In this document: one piece after another, positions 14,005 to 26,598 of the stretch | Layout of the letters: each line of letters opens with the position of its first letter | Position numbering within the stretch: the first letter of the stretch is position 1 | Source: Marsupella aquatica | Lineage: Eukaryota; Plantae; Marchantiophyta | Reading direction: 5' to 3' | Length of the DNA stretch: 64,000 nt | NCBI GenBank assembly: GCA_973895155.1 | Contig: OZ316896.1 | Location: forward strand, 12,194,549 to 12,258,548 | Translations under genes and position numbers: made by a program | Notes under the pieces: generated by a model | Told to the model about the DNA's origin: nothing | Databases searched by the model: none | Seen by the model: only the letters and a program-made list of their open reading frames with translations

Positions 14005-16337
14005 TCAGAAACAATGAGACACGTAAGGATTAGACCTCGCAGCAGCAGCATCGACATTTTGCCAGAATTCTGCGTATTCATCCTCTCCGTTGGAAGCTCT
14101 GGGGGCAGTCCCGTCTACTCTTCCAGGAAACAGCCAGTTCCCGTTGCTGTCCCTCGCCACCTCACGAACATCCCTCCAACGAGGTGGAATGCAATATTGA
14201 GGCAGCAGAAAATCAGCCGTTCTGTTCACAAAAGCGTAATCTCTGAAGGTCTTCTCAGTCGGTCCAGCATACTCATTTCTGCTACGGTATACGTCTACCA
14301 AGTGAAGATATGTGTCCAGAGCATGAACTTGGGTATATCCGTCCAGAGAAAGAGTGGGTTGCTTCAGAACGGCAGACTTCAAATTGTCAACCTCTAACTT
14401 CACTCCAACATGTTTGTAGGACGGCAAATGCGGGACAATCTTGTGAACCTGCGCAGCTGCCCACGAGATATGCTTTAAGCCTGGCATCGCAGTCACCAAA
14501 TCCTGAACATTCACTATTCGTAGCACCGCCACACCAAGTTCCTGGATTCTGTCTCGGAAGTGCACGTTGCCTACTCTTGGCCCAGCGAACGAGATCACAG
14601 TAATTGGAATCTTGCCTCGCGGAAATTCATTGAGTTCAGCCTCCTCCTTGTTGCCATAAAAGTTCTTCACATCCTGGATAATGTGATGTCCGTCGTTTTT
14701 AATGTGATGGAGCTTCGAGTGAAAATAACTCCTAATACCTTCAGTACGGGGTTGCTGGACAGAACTTCCCTCGTCGTTGTCCTCACCCCCTTTGGAGTGA
14801 TGATGCAGTGAATTTTGTACTAAACTCTTCACAGACTCGAGACGTGGATGTCGAACATGATGATGACTATCCTCTTGGCCGGCTCGAGAACCTTCGGAAC
14901 TCCATCGTTGGGGGGCACGAGGAGATTCCGACAGCAGATTGTAGCCAGACGCAGCTATGTCATACGCACACAAGGTAGCTAAGGCGCTCCCCAGACTATG
15001 CCCAGTCACCGTTATGCTCAACTTGGCCTCACCATCGCCCTTGTACTGCTCTACAAGAGCCTTCACAGCGTCCATGACTTGATCACGAGCACTGGTAGCC
15101 CTGTTATGCTGAGATCCTGAATTCTTGGACGTGTATATTTTATAGAATCCAGCCTGCACTCTGAGATGTGCACAGTCACGGTCGGGTCCAAACCCAGCCG
15201 GAGACATGTAGTCCTGTAGGCGGCCATCGATCCGATTGAGCACAGTTAGATTCAGAACGAGGTGATGTAGATACAAAACGAAATTATACGCAATCAGCTA
15301 AACAGTCCATAAAATATTAGCCATTAAACTGTACAGGCAGCATTTGTGATAGTGTGCCAGTGATCTAATTTGCAACATGCAATTCGTCTGCATAATGTTG
15401 GGAATTGTCTATTGTTGTACATATCACTAGCTAGAGCTGGAGCATCGAGGGACGTGCTAAACTGTTGATTACCGATAAGTCTGCGATCCATTCGCTAACG
15501 GTAGAGGTGCCTCTCCAATGACACCGGTAGAGGTGCAATGACAATGTCCCTTCGACCCAAGCGACGAATCTCGTCCGCGGAAGTGCAAACTGCCACGAAT
15601 CCTATCCAGTTAGACTCCTTGCTAGTTGCATGATCTCCTACACTCGATTCACTCGAGGACGAGCTGCCATTTCTCTTGAGAGAAGTCAGATAAGTATTGA
15701 TATGGTGCATCGTAGCTGCGTAGATAAAGCTTTTTATTTCATAGCCCCGATTCGCTAATCCAACGCCTTCCAGGAGGCTCTCTTTGTCGAACAGGGAGTC
15801 ACCGCGGGTCAGAGAGTTGTTATTTCCATCGAACGCATCGTATGTAGCTTGAGCGAATTCGCCATATCTGATGATCTCCGCCTTCAAGGCACGGTCGAGG
15901 GGATCCAGTTTCCCCCTCCATCCATTGCAGCCTTGTAGAACTTGCCATTGGTGGGCGATATCATAGATTTCCAAATGCGGAGGACGAAAGTTGCGTTGCC
16001 GATCATACCTGGGGGTCTCAACATGGACCATGTTCCCTAGGCTGAAAGCAAGCTCCCGCAGTTGAGGAGACTCGACTTGAGACAACTCGTTTACCCTATG
16101 TGCGATGAACTTCTCCGATTGTGAGCTGAGAGGACCTTGCCCTCTGGGATTGTCACCCTCACCTGGAAGATTCATGGCATGCGTTGCGTAGTTGTTGCTA
16201 TGGGGAGGATAAACTTGAAGAGGTGGTAAAACCTGCGACATGTTTGCCTGTCCTCTAGCAGAGCCCTGCGATTGCGTGGACCCATACCTCATGTCGTCCC
16301 AGGGAAAACTGCTGGAGCTTCCAGACACATGACTCAT
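14005..16337 (-). pseudogene. DAD1-like phospholipase A1 (lipase class 3), copy A; frameshifted
   Basis: Exon 1 16337-15473, intron 15472-15214 (GTAATC…CTACAG), exon 2 15213-14005. Motifs W.GKLDPLD..LK.EIIRYGEFAQATYDAFD, SNWIGFVAV, GRRDIVIA, TGHSLGSALA, FAGPRVGN and H.LDTYLHLVD. A 16-nt insertion at 15518-15533 shifts the frame to a stop at 15495. Confidence 0.88.
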
Positions 16338-17985
16338 GTTGAAGCTCTCACTGTAGGCCGAAAACTGGTAATTATCCCCCTGGCCACAATGTCGACGAGA
16401 AAAGTTTCTGCACACTGCAATCGGTTCTACTGGCTTTTGCACGATTTCTGAATGTAAACACCGTTACGTATCAATCCATCCATCATTGAGCGACGTGATT
16501 ACGTGGGCTCAATCCTCGATCCATAACTGGTTACAAAAGCATCTGCAAATGTCCGGCCAGTGCCTGTGAAATTACAAGCTTGGTACGCCCAAAAATAGCG
16601 TCAACGATGGTATGTCACTCGGGCGTGCTCTTACCGGCCAGACCTACGAAGAATCAGGTGATGTCCAAGATTTACAATGTTGCAAGTGAACCATATCGAT
16701 TTGTCATGAACGAGACCCTCCATGCAGAGCCTGGATCGTTAATTGATCCACGTACTCGCTGGTTGATCAACAGAGGCGGGGAAGGAAAGCTAGTGTCGAT
16801 CTGTGCTAAGTATACTCTCTCCATGCCAGTGGAGAAAGCTTCGATCTGGGCTCCACCAAAGACGAGAGAGAGAAGTCAGCATTGAAATCTTCAAGTTGTG
16901 TCAATGGTCCGAGCCCGTCCGAGGGTGTTGGTCAACAGAACAGTGGCAGAATTCTGCAAAAACTTGATGGAGCTCGAGTCTGGAAAACCACTGATCCAGT
17001 CCAGACACGTAACTCATGTTGAAACCACCGATCCAGGAGCTCCATCAAGTTTCTGCGAAATTTCTGCTACTGTTCTGTGCAGTCAGGGAAGCTTTTGAGC
17101 TGCGTCCTAGAGGAGTGCCTCATGGTCAACACTGGAAGTCTTCCACCCCTTTTTGTAGTCTTCCATCCCTTTTTGCAAGGGGCCCTTAATAGTTAAAAAA
17201 TGGTGGGGGCCAGCTAAAAAGCTTTCGCCATTTTTGTGGTTGGCTAGTATTTTACTGTCTCATTAACTAGTGTACCACCTAATCTTTTCTGTCTCATTAG
17301 CCATTGTTCCACTTAATCACAGGCACCATTGGTTAGAATCTAATGGTCATCCTTAAATCTAGGGTGATCTGACTATAAGGAAAATATTTAGATAAGAAAT
17401 ATTTTGAGTATCTTCTCCTTTTCACACTGAATATTTGCCACTCTGCAAAAAAATATGCTGGTGGGGGCTCTTAAGTGTATCTTTGTCCAAAGCAAAGTGG
17501 AGGGCCAGTTGCACACCCTAAAGTTAAATAGCCAGACTGCCAGAGCCAAAAAAAGTTAAATGGCCTGAGCCAAATATGACACCCTAAAGGCTAGGAGAGG
17601 TCCCAGATTCAATCCCCCCCTCACAAACAAGGGGTGTGGAGGGTGTGTGTTTTTGTGAGTGAGGTGTACTAGTGGGAGTATTGGTGTACTCTGGCTGACC
17701 ACTTTGGGGCCCTTGTATAACCCTCTCCCCTTCCTGGAGAGGTCCCTACGGGATCCTTGGGTATGGCCCCCCTTGTGGGTTGTCCTACAGTGGTGCATAC
17801 TTTAAAATAGAAAGTTTATCCTTCAATGAATGGGTCTGCTTTTGGCTTTCAAAGTGAAATAAAATGGCTCACTTCTACGAGTCACGTGTTTTACAATAAA
17901 TGTTGTCTTGTAGTTGAGTGAACATTGACCGGAAACTGCTACCGGTTCCTCTCCTTGAATGAAAAAGAATTCTAAGTGTCACTAG

Positions 17986-18538
17986 GCCTATTGAGTTGGT
18001 CTAAAGGAAATGGACCAAGCTGTGACTTCTGTTGAGAGTCTTTGTATTTATTATCTCTAGACTCCACTTTTTGGGGAGGATGTGTGTTAACTCTAGCGTG
18101 GAATAAAAATAAAATCCTAATGTCACTAGAGACCTCTGTACCCCACTTTTGGGGGGATCTGTGTTAAAAAGGAAAACGGGGAAGCCAAGATTCGAACCAA
18201 CACCCTCTCTCACCACACTCTCACCCATCTACCACCAGGACATGGCCTGCTCGATGTTACCAATGGCGCATTTGATGGATTTAGCTGCATTCTATGCATA
18301 GCTAACCTGCACCAACCGGCTACCGGCAGCGACCGCCTGCGCAACGGACAACATTCAAATTCATTCCCATGACTTATATAGGGTCTAGAGATAATAAATG
18401 CAAAGACTCTCAATAGAAATTGCTTTTGGCATTCAAGGTGAAAAAATAAAATGTCAGGTCTAGAGATAATAAATGCAAAGACTCTCAACATAATTCACAG
18501 TTTGGTCCATTCTTTTAGACCATGCAACTCAATAGGCC
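17986..18538. mobile_element. Foldback element with ~80-bp imperfect inverted arms
   Basis: ggcctattgagttgg…gagagtctttgtatttattatctctagac (17986-18062) is inverted at 18457-18538; more ctagagataataaatgcaaagac copies extend to ~18840. Confidence 0.65.
18178..18240 (-). mobile_element. SINE-like head with Pol III A/B-box-like motifs
   Basis: Minus strand reads TGGTGGTAGATGGG…GGTTCGAATCTTGGC; no cloverleaf. Confidence 0.35.
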
Positions 18539-20929
18539 AAAGAAAATGTCAGGTATAGAGATAATAAATGCCCCTTCTTAGTTTTATTTATAAGCAGTTG
18601 AAGTCAAGTTTCCCTACCTGAAAAACCAAATTAGTCATTTCAAAATTCTCAGACTAAGAAAAAAATGGCCACTTGGTCCATTCCTTGAGACCATCTCAAG
18701 AGGAGGTCTAAGAGAATTTCACAGAATGCAAAGACCCTGAAAAGAAACGAACAAAAATGCCCATTGTTCCCTTCCTTTAGACTACCTCAAGAAAAGGTCT
18801 AAGCCAATGTCAGATCTAGAGATAATATATGCAAAGACGTTGAATAGAATTGGCAATTTTGTCCATTCTTTTGGAGGTCTAAGTTTTTGACAAAAAAAAT
18901 ATGCACACATTTAGAGAAAAGGGGCATCTCACATTTAGAAAAAAATTTGCTGCCCCAAGTTCTTGTTTGCCCCCCCTTAGCCCAAAGTTGCCTTGTTACC
19001 TTGTAGGAGAATATCAAATTGGTTTGAGCACCTTTTTGGATTGTTTACCTATCCACTCAAGGAAAGGCTATATAATAACAGTAAGGTCAAGTTTGTCACC
19101 TTTTCTTATTTAAGTTCCCAAATTGATTTCTGACCGTCAAATTTTCCTGGATTTAACGATGATCAGGCCGCTGTAAGATAGTCAGGCTGATGGTCAGGGG
19201 CCGCTGTAAGATAGTGCCAATTTAGCATGACGTCAACTTCACGTGATAGTCCTGAAATGAATTGCTTTCCTGAGCTCTAGCTAGGGGTTGTTGGTGTAGA
19301 GTCTGAGTAATTATAGCATGGTCATCCTCCAGCTTGTTTTTTGTCGTTTAGGAAACTAAAATACATTTATTTTCTCCGGACGAAATAAATACAACAGCTG
19401 ACAATAAAGATTCCAATGAGAAACATCAGCCAATGGCAAAGTTTTAAAAAATTAATACCAACAAAATAACTTTGGATTTCATGCAAAATTACATTTGGCT
19501 CTGAAAATGGTCCTACCCTACCTTTCAATGTACAGTAAGTGAGAGGGGGACTTCATTATTTATTGCATAGCATGTTGTTAAAGCCCAATGCCTGTGCTCT
19601 GCACAATTGTTGTTACTGCCAGGGGGCCATTGCAGCTATATGAAGGCAAGGAATTGTCACAGAAAAATCTAGCCAGAGGTGCTGCTTGGGCACCCGGCAG
19701 CACAATTGAATTTTTGTCAAGAGGGCTAGCGAGGGAGGGATGAGAGGGCGAGACATGGGCAAAGGTGTGGGGAGGGGGAGTAGAGAAATGGGAGGGGGGA
19801 AAAGAAAGAAAGAAAGAAAGAAAGACCACTTCCCTTGGCAAACCGTCAGGCGCAGATCAATGCATTGAGGCAGGCCAGACCGCCAACATGGACCAAGGCA
19901 GCACATGGGCAGGCTTTAGGAGGGGTCTGCTTGCAATCCAATGGTGCATACAAAATATGCCCATCATCCATCGATCAAAGGCGCACTCTGTATGAATGTC
20001 TACTAAAACAGATACAGTAGATCATTTCTTACACTACAAGGTTGATTTGGATTGTCTCTAATGGCCATAGAACTAGGCCCATCATCCTATTGGGTGAGAC
20101 TTGATTATGATTGTCTCTAAAAGTGGCATAAAAGTAGGCCCTTCATCCATTACGGATTTAGAGTTCACTGTGATGGAGGTCTACTAAAAGAGATGGATCA
20201 TTTCCTACACTACATCCATTATGGATCCAGAGTTTTTTTTATATTAATTGTCTTTAATAGTGGCATAAATTAATGCCCATCATCCATTATGGATCCAGAG
20301 TTCACTGTGTGTATGGAGGTCTACTTAAATAGATGGATCATTTCTTACACTACAGTGTTGGTTTTGATTCTCGCACGGTTCTCCTCGTGGCCCCCTCGTG
20401 GCCCCCTCGTGGCCCTACCGCCCTGCTTACGTATGCCCTCTTCCTATGCGGCTTTATTAGAGTCAATGTACACAAGTTTCATGTTTCCCTCTGGATGACC
20501 CTCTCTATGATTTTGATTCTACGGCCTTTCTCCTCATGGCACTACCACAATCCTCAGGTCTGACCAATTCCCATGATTTGGCTTTAGACTCAATGTCCAC
20601 AGTTTCATGTTTTGCTGTGGACATTGACCCACTCTACAATCCCTCTATGTTCCTTAGAAAAACATAACGGTTGGCTGATAGCATGTCTAAGGGTCCCTGG
20701 TCCTTTCACAATCTGGGATCACACATCTTGGATCAAATATCCATCTGGACCTTTGAAAAATCCAAGGTCCAAGCTAGATCCATCTTCAGCATCCAAGATC
20801 CAAGCTAGATAAATCTTCCCAAGATAATGATCAAAGTATTTTTGCAACCCAACCCGGGAACATTATCCCAAAGACAATAGACCCAATAAATGGGGAGCCA
20901 TTATCCCAAAGGCAACTGACATGATAAAG

Positions 20930-21463
20930 GGGAATACACATACTTTTTACAGAAAAGGGTCAAATAGAGTACAAAAGAATAAACAAGAGAGGTCCCAAGT
21001 GGACAAAACCAAACACAAAAGAAGTGAGCAAAAGGAAACCCCTAAAAACCAAGAAAGAGGAACTAAAACTACCGCAAATGGACCGAGGTCCTCATCATTC
21101 CTAGCAAATGTGGCAAAAAGCTAATGGTCTACATCAAGTGTCGAAACTAAATCAGCAAGTGGGACTGGAATGTCCTCTAGGGGGCCTAGCCGCTGCGGAG
21201 TCACACTAGCACCCACTGTCAGAGATCGACGATAGATGGCCCAAGCTTGAGCACGCTGTAAGGTGACTGAAATGCATTGGCGAAAGTGCATGGTCAAAAC
21301 AGATAGCGGGGGTCCGGTGGGACCCATCCGGCCGTGAACATCCCAATCGAGCAGCTTGGCGAAGAAGCCCGTCGAACTGATGATGGAGACGCCCAAATGT
21401 CTCAAGAGCAAGGGACACGAAGCTATCAGGGGGAGGAAACAGGGTAAACCCCAGGAATACCAA
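20930..21463 (-). mobile_element. 3' fragment of a CRE-like non-LTR retrotransposon (restriction-like endonuclease C-terminus), frameshifted
   Basis: Two overlapping frames join to DSFVSLALETFGRLHHQFDGLLRQAARL / PLSVLTMHFRQCISVTLQRAQAWAIYRRS, matching the F.P.A.ETFG…RQ.IS..LQR.QA pattern of CRE-type elements; T-rich 3' UTR follows. Confidence 0.7.
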
Positions 21464-22229
21464 AGAGTCAATGTACCCCAGCTAAAGTCCACCACAAACT
21501 TAAGCTAAATACCTTAAACCCCACCCAACAGCAAACCAAAAAGCCTGGTAGAGGTTTGCATAGGGGACTTGTGTTTGCACACTCATATAGTCACTTTATC
21601 TGGTTGGATGCTGGATTACTTGATTGGTGAAGTAAATTATTTGGTGAGTTTGCTTTTGATGACCCTGATGATCTGCTTTGATGACCCTGATATTTCCAAC
21701 AACATTAATGTTTTTCATGCTACATATTTGTATTTCCTCTGTTACGAGGTTGGATGTAATAAGAGTTTCTTATAATAAAATGAAATTGTAAAGAATTGTC
21801 TATAACATATGTATGCAGTCATGATCTTTCTTTCTCATGATTGGTTTCTTTACAAATGTCTTTATGAGTTCTCCTTGATCTTTTGATTATGGTGACATAT
21901 TTTACTAACAATGGGTAGACCTGAACGTGTCATTGTGCTTCATTTTCACGCCAAACCCATCACTCTCCTCGTAATTCACACTCCTAGATGCCTTGCAATG
22001 TCCGACTACCTACTATCCCACTTGTGCTCAACAACACTTTACTATCCACAATACTCTACAACCCACCAATGGTCTAGTCTATCCTAATAGTATCCACACT
22101 AGCTCACCCTCCGCCCATTGGTGTAGTCTATCATAAGAACTAAAAAATGATTGTAAATACACACCCTGGTGTAGATGTGGAAGCAACCCATAATTTAGGG
22201 TAGTTTTACAAGAACTCAGGCAGAAGTTC

Positions 22230-22335
22230 TTTTTTTCTATCTAGTGATGCAATCCTAGCCATTCAAATGTGGAAACTGGCCATTTTTTCTATCTAGTGAT
22301 GCAATCCTAGCCATTCAAATGTGGAAACTGGCCAG
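22230..22335. repeat. ~51-bp tandem duplication
   Basis: ttttctatctagtgatgcaatcctagccattcaaatgtggaaactggcca x2. Confidence 0.9.
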
Positions 22336-22679
22336 ACTTCACTTTACATGAACTTGGGGGCAGGATCAAGCAAAAACATTTTCAAAACTACCAATTCATC
22401 TATCAACGGCCCCCATGTGGGTCCCTTTTGTTTGCTGAAGTGTACATGCTTTTTTGTCACAAACTTTGAACTCCTCTTGAGGTGGTCTATGAAAATGGAC
22501 CAAGGGACCTCTTCTCGGGCACACCTTTTTCCCAAGGCATTTTAATTTCAGTGTGTATGGAAGTGGCCATCAGCCTCAAATGCTTTGGAAGAGACCCTGA
22601 ACTGTCCCCCACACTCTTGTAAAGCCCCCCTTAAGCGAGAAATATTGTTACACACGAGTATGTACAGGTGGAACCAGAA

Positions 22680-22903
22680 TTGAGCTCAGAAACTATGGTG
22701 AAACAGTAAGATTTAGACCTCGCAACAACAACATCTGCTTTTTGCAAAATTCCATACGCATACTCCTCCTCTGCGATGGAATCCCTGGAGACAGTCCGTT
22801 CCCTTGTCGAGGAAACAGCCAGTCCCGTTGATCTTGGTTATGATGAGGATGCGGTGAATTTTGTATTCGACTCTGCACAGACTTGAAATAGGGATTTAGG
22901 ACA
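22680..22903 (-). pseudogene. Internally deleted relic of a third phospholipase A1 copy
   Basis: Minus strand gives PYFKSVQSRIQNSPHPHHNQD (homologous to the His-rich insert) joined directly to DWLFP… and a degenerate C-terminus/stop context (tgagctcagaaac) matching the ends of both PLA1 genes. Confidence 0.8.
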
Positions 22904-23080
22904 GAACTTGGAAAAAACTGCAGTCCCTGGATCGACCAGCGATGGTCATCAAATCTATAGAACCGATGGAGATGTTGGTGCAGCACATAGAAGCACGCAC
23001 GCAGGGACTCACGTAGGGCGAGTGATTGGCGGTGAACTGAGAAATATGATTACAAATATGTACATGTCGAGGAGTTGAGC

Positions 23081-25323
23081 TCAGAAACAATGCTGAGACA
23101 CGTGTGGATTAGACCTCTCAGCAGCAGCATCGACATTTTGCCAGAATTCCGCGTATTCATCCTCTGCGTTGGAAGCTCTGGGAGCAGTCCCCTCTACTCT
23201 TCCAGGAAACAGCCAGTTCCCGTTACTGTCCCTCGCCACCTCACGAACACCCTTCCAACCAGGTGGAATGCAGTATTTAGGCAGCAGAAAATCAGCCGTT
23301 CTGTTCACAAAAGCGTAATCTCTGAACGTCTTCCCTGTTGGCCCAGCATACTGAGTTTTGCTGTGGTATACGTCTACCAAGTGGAGATATGTGTCCAGAG
23401 CATGAGCTTGCCGCAGGGTGGCGGGAGCCTTCAGAACTCCAGACCTCTCATTGTCAACCACTAACTCCACTCCGACGTGCCTGTAGGACGGAGTACCCGG
23501 GATAATCTTGTGCAAGTGCGCAGCTGCCCAAGAAATCTGCGTCAAGCCTGGCACCTTAGGCACGAGATCATGAACATTTACAATTCGTAGCACCGCCACG
23601 CCAAGCTCGTGCATTCTGTCTCGGAAATGCACGTTGCCCACTCTTGGCCCGCCGAATGTGAAAACAGTGATTGGAATTTTGCCTTGCGGAAACTCAGCCT
23701 CGTTGTTGCTATAAAGGCTCTTCACATCCTCGACAATGTGATGTCCGTCTTCTATAATGTGATGGACCTTCGAGTGAAAACAACTCCTAACACCTCCAGT
23801 GTGGGGGTGTCCAACTGAATTTTCCTCCTCGCTGATCTCACTCTCTTGGGGGTCACTCTCTTGGTCGTGACGAGGATGCAGTGAATTATGAATTCGACTC
23901 TCAACAGACTCGAAATAGGGAGGTAGGACACATTGATGATGACCATCCTCGTGAGATGAGCTTGCCTCGGTTCGAGAAGGACTCCATCGCTGGGGGGCAC
24001 TAGGAGAATACGACATCAGATTGTAGTTCGACGCAGCTATGTCGTATGCGCACAAGGTAGCCAAAGCGCCCCCCAGACTGTGCCCTGTCACCGTTATGCT
24101 CAACTTGCCCTCGCACCTATACTGCTCTACGATAGCCTTGATCGCACCCAATACTTGATCACGAGCACTACTGGTCCCGTCTCTCTCAGATTCCGAATTC
24201 GTCGACATGTATACTTTATGGAATCCGGCCTGCACTCTGATATGTGAACAGTCGAGATCGGGTCCAAACCCAGCCGGAGACATGTAGTCCTGGAGACAGC
24301 CATGGATCCGATTGCGCACAGTCAGTTTTAGAACGAGTACCCGTAAATGTACAAATCGAAGCTAAAGGAACACACGACATTCGTGCGAGAGATGATTTTA
24401 AATGTAAAGTTTCTGTCTGAAATCTGTAATTGAGACCATCACTAGCTAGACCTCTCGAGCATCAAGGGACGTGCTAAGCTGTTAAGTACCGATATGTCTG
24501 CGATCCAGTCGCTGAAGGTACAGCTGCCTCTCCACGCAATCACAATATCCCTTCGACCTAAACGGAGAATCTCATCCCTAGAAGTGCAAACCGCCACGAA
24601 TCCTATCCAATTCGACTCCTTGCTCGTTGCATAATTGGGTGCATGATCTCCTCCATTGGACTCACTCGAGGAGGACGAGCCACTTCTCTTGATAGAATCT
24701 AGATAAGTCTTGATATGGTGCTTCGTAGTTGCGTAAATAAAGTTCTGTATTTCATAGCCTCGATTCCCTAATCCCACTTCCTCCAGGAGGCTCTCCTTAT
24801 CGAACAGGGAGCCGCCGCGGGTCAGAGAGTTGTTGTTTCCATCGAATGCATCGTATGTAGCTTGAGCGAATTCGCCATATCTGATGATCTCCGCCTTCAA
24901 GGCAGGGTCGAGGGGATCCAGTTTCCCCCTCCAGCCATTGCACCCTTGCAGAACTTGCCATCTGTTTGCGATATCATAGATTTCCAGATGCGCAGGACGA
25001 AAACTGTGTGGTATATATTTGGGCGGCTCAACATGGACGATGTTCCCTAGGCTGAAAGCAAGCTCCCGCAGTTGAGGAGAATCGGCTTTAGACAGCTCGT
25101 TTACTCTATCTGCGATCAACTGACCGGATTGTGAACGGAAAGGACCTTCCCGGTTGGGATTATCACTCCCAGGAGGATCCATGGCCTCCTTTGCAGTTTC
25201 TCCACCGCTGAAGTTCTTCTCTTGGGGAGGGTAAACTTCAAGAGGAGCTAAATCCTGTGACATGTTTACCCGTCCTCTGCTAGAGCCCTGCGGGTTCGTG
25301 GGCCTAATGTCCTCCCAACCCAT
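23081..25323 (-). CDS. DAD1-like phospholipase A1 (lipase class 3), copy B; intact, 2 exons
   Basis: Exon 1 25323-24490, intron 24489-24290 (GTACTT…CTCCAG), exon 2 24289-23081. Motifs GRRDIVIAWRGSCTFSDWIAD, TGHSLGGALATL, FGGPRVGN, VNVHDLVPKVPG and HALDTYLHLVD. The start ATG was chosen by alignment with copy A. Confidence 0.9.
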
Positions 25324-26380
25324 GTTGTCAAAGTTCTCAATAGCCTGCAAAATCTTAGAAGTCTTTCTACGAGCCCGACAAGAAACTTTAACGCTTCTAC
25401 AGAGAGCAATCAATTCTAGTGAACCCTAGAACGATTTGATTAAATCCCGTATGGACCTATTCTTTATTGTCCCCTGATTATAAAGGCTGGCCTCAATCGT
25501 CCCTAGTAAGAAGAGTGGACCACTGCAAACGTCGATTGCACCAAGTGAAATTGCAAGGCTTGGTACACCCAATGATAGGTAGCACGAACGACAGTATGTC
25601 ACTCGTGCGTGCTTGCCTGCCAGACCTGCTCGGATTGTTCAAGGCTGAAATTGGAGCGAGCAACGGGGCCGGGGAAGGAAAGCTAAGTAATGTGTTCAGT
25701 GCTAGAAGTTTCCTTCGAGTAGAACAAGCTTGTACGCGAGAAGAGCGACACAGAAGTCAGCATGATTGAATCTTCAAGTTAATAAATTCAGAGCTGTCCA
25801 GTCTGTGATTATGTACTGAAACCCTGAGCATATTCTCCAGATAACGCGCTAGAATTCTTATTTAGAATCGTCGCTCAATCGTACGTTGGAAGTCAGTAGT
25901 TTTTATGGCTGTGCTCTCGATCTCCAGTTGTGAAAGCTCCTGCGCTGCATCCAGCAAAAGGAGAAGCTCAGGATCAACGCGATGTAGGGCTCAGCATTCA
26001 ATGGAGACTTCGAGTTGGGGCTCTACTTTTTATCCTACTTTTTATCCGATCCGCAGAAGATTACGTAAGTGAAGAGACTCCTGAAAAAGTATGATACATC
26101 TCTTAGTTACCTCTATGGGTTGATGGCTACTGAGACTTATGGGCAAACGCGTGAATTTGCCGTCAGCATTTGACACGAAAGCTTCTCTGTCCTCAAGCGA
26201 AGGCTGCGAATTGTCGTCAGGCGCTGGACTGGGGAACTTTCTTCGCAGTTTTCTCAGTAGATTAATAAATAGATCACAGATTCGTCAGTTTTCATTCAGG
26301 ATTTGACACGAAGACTCGTCTAGCGATGGCCACGAATTGTCGTGGCCCGTTGCGCCAGGCTGAAGTGGGAATTCACTCTC

Positions 26381-26495
26381 TTCACAATTTTCAGAGGGCA
26401 GAAAGATTCGAGGTCACAGGCAAAAGACCTGCGATCATTCACAATTTTCAGAGGGCAGAAAGATTCGAGGTCACAGGCAAAAGACTTGCGATCAT
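26381..26495. repeat. 57-bp tandem duplication
   Basis: ttcacaattttcagagggcagaaagattcgaggtcacaggcaaaagac(c/t)tgcgatca x2. Confidence 0.9.
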
Positions 26496-26598
26496 CCTCC
26501 AAAGTTGATATCTTCTCTTTATCAACAGATGCTTCGCCCGTTGGCAACTAGGATGGAAAGGGCATTGGACTTGAAATTGTACGCTCGTCAAATGTAAA

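Noticed and set aside
15495-16442. ORFs 15495-16442 and 14005-15276 as separate genes
   Set aside because: They are the two exons of one PLA1 gene; likewise 24442-25413 and 23081-24319.
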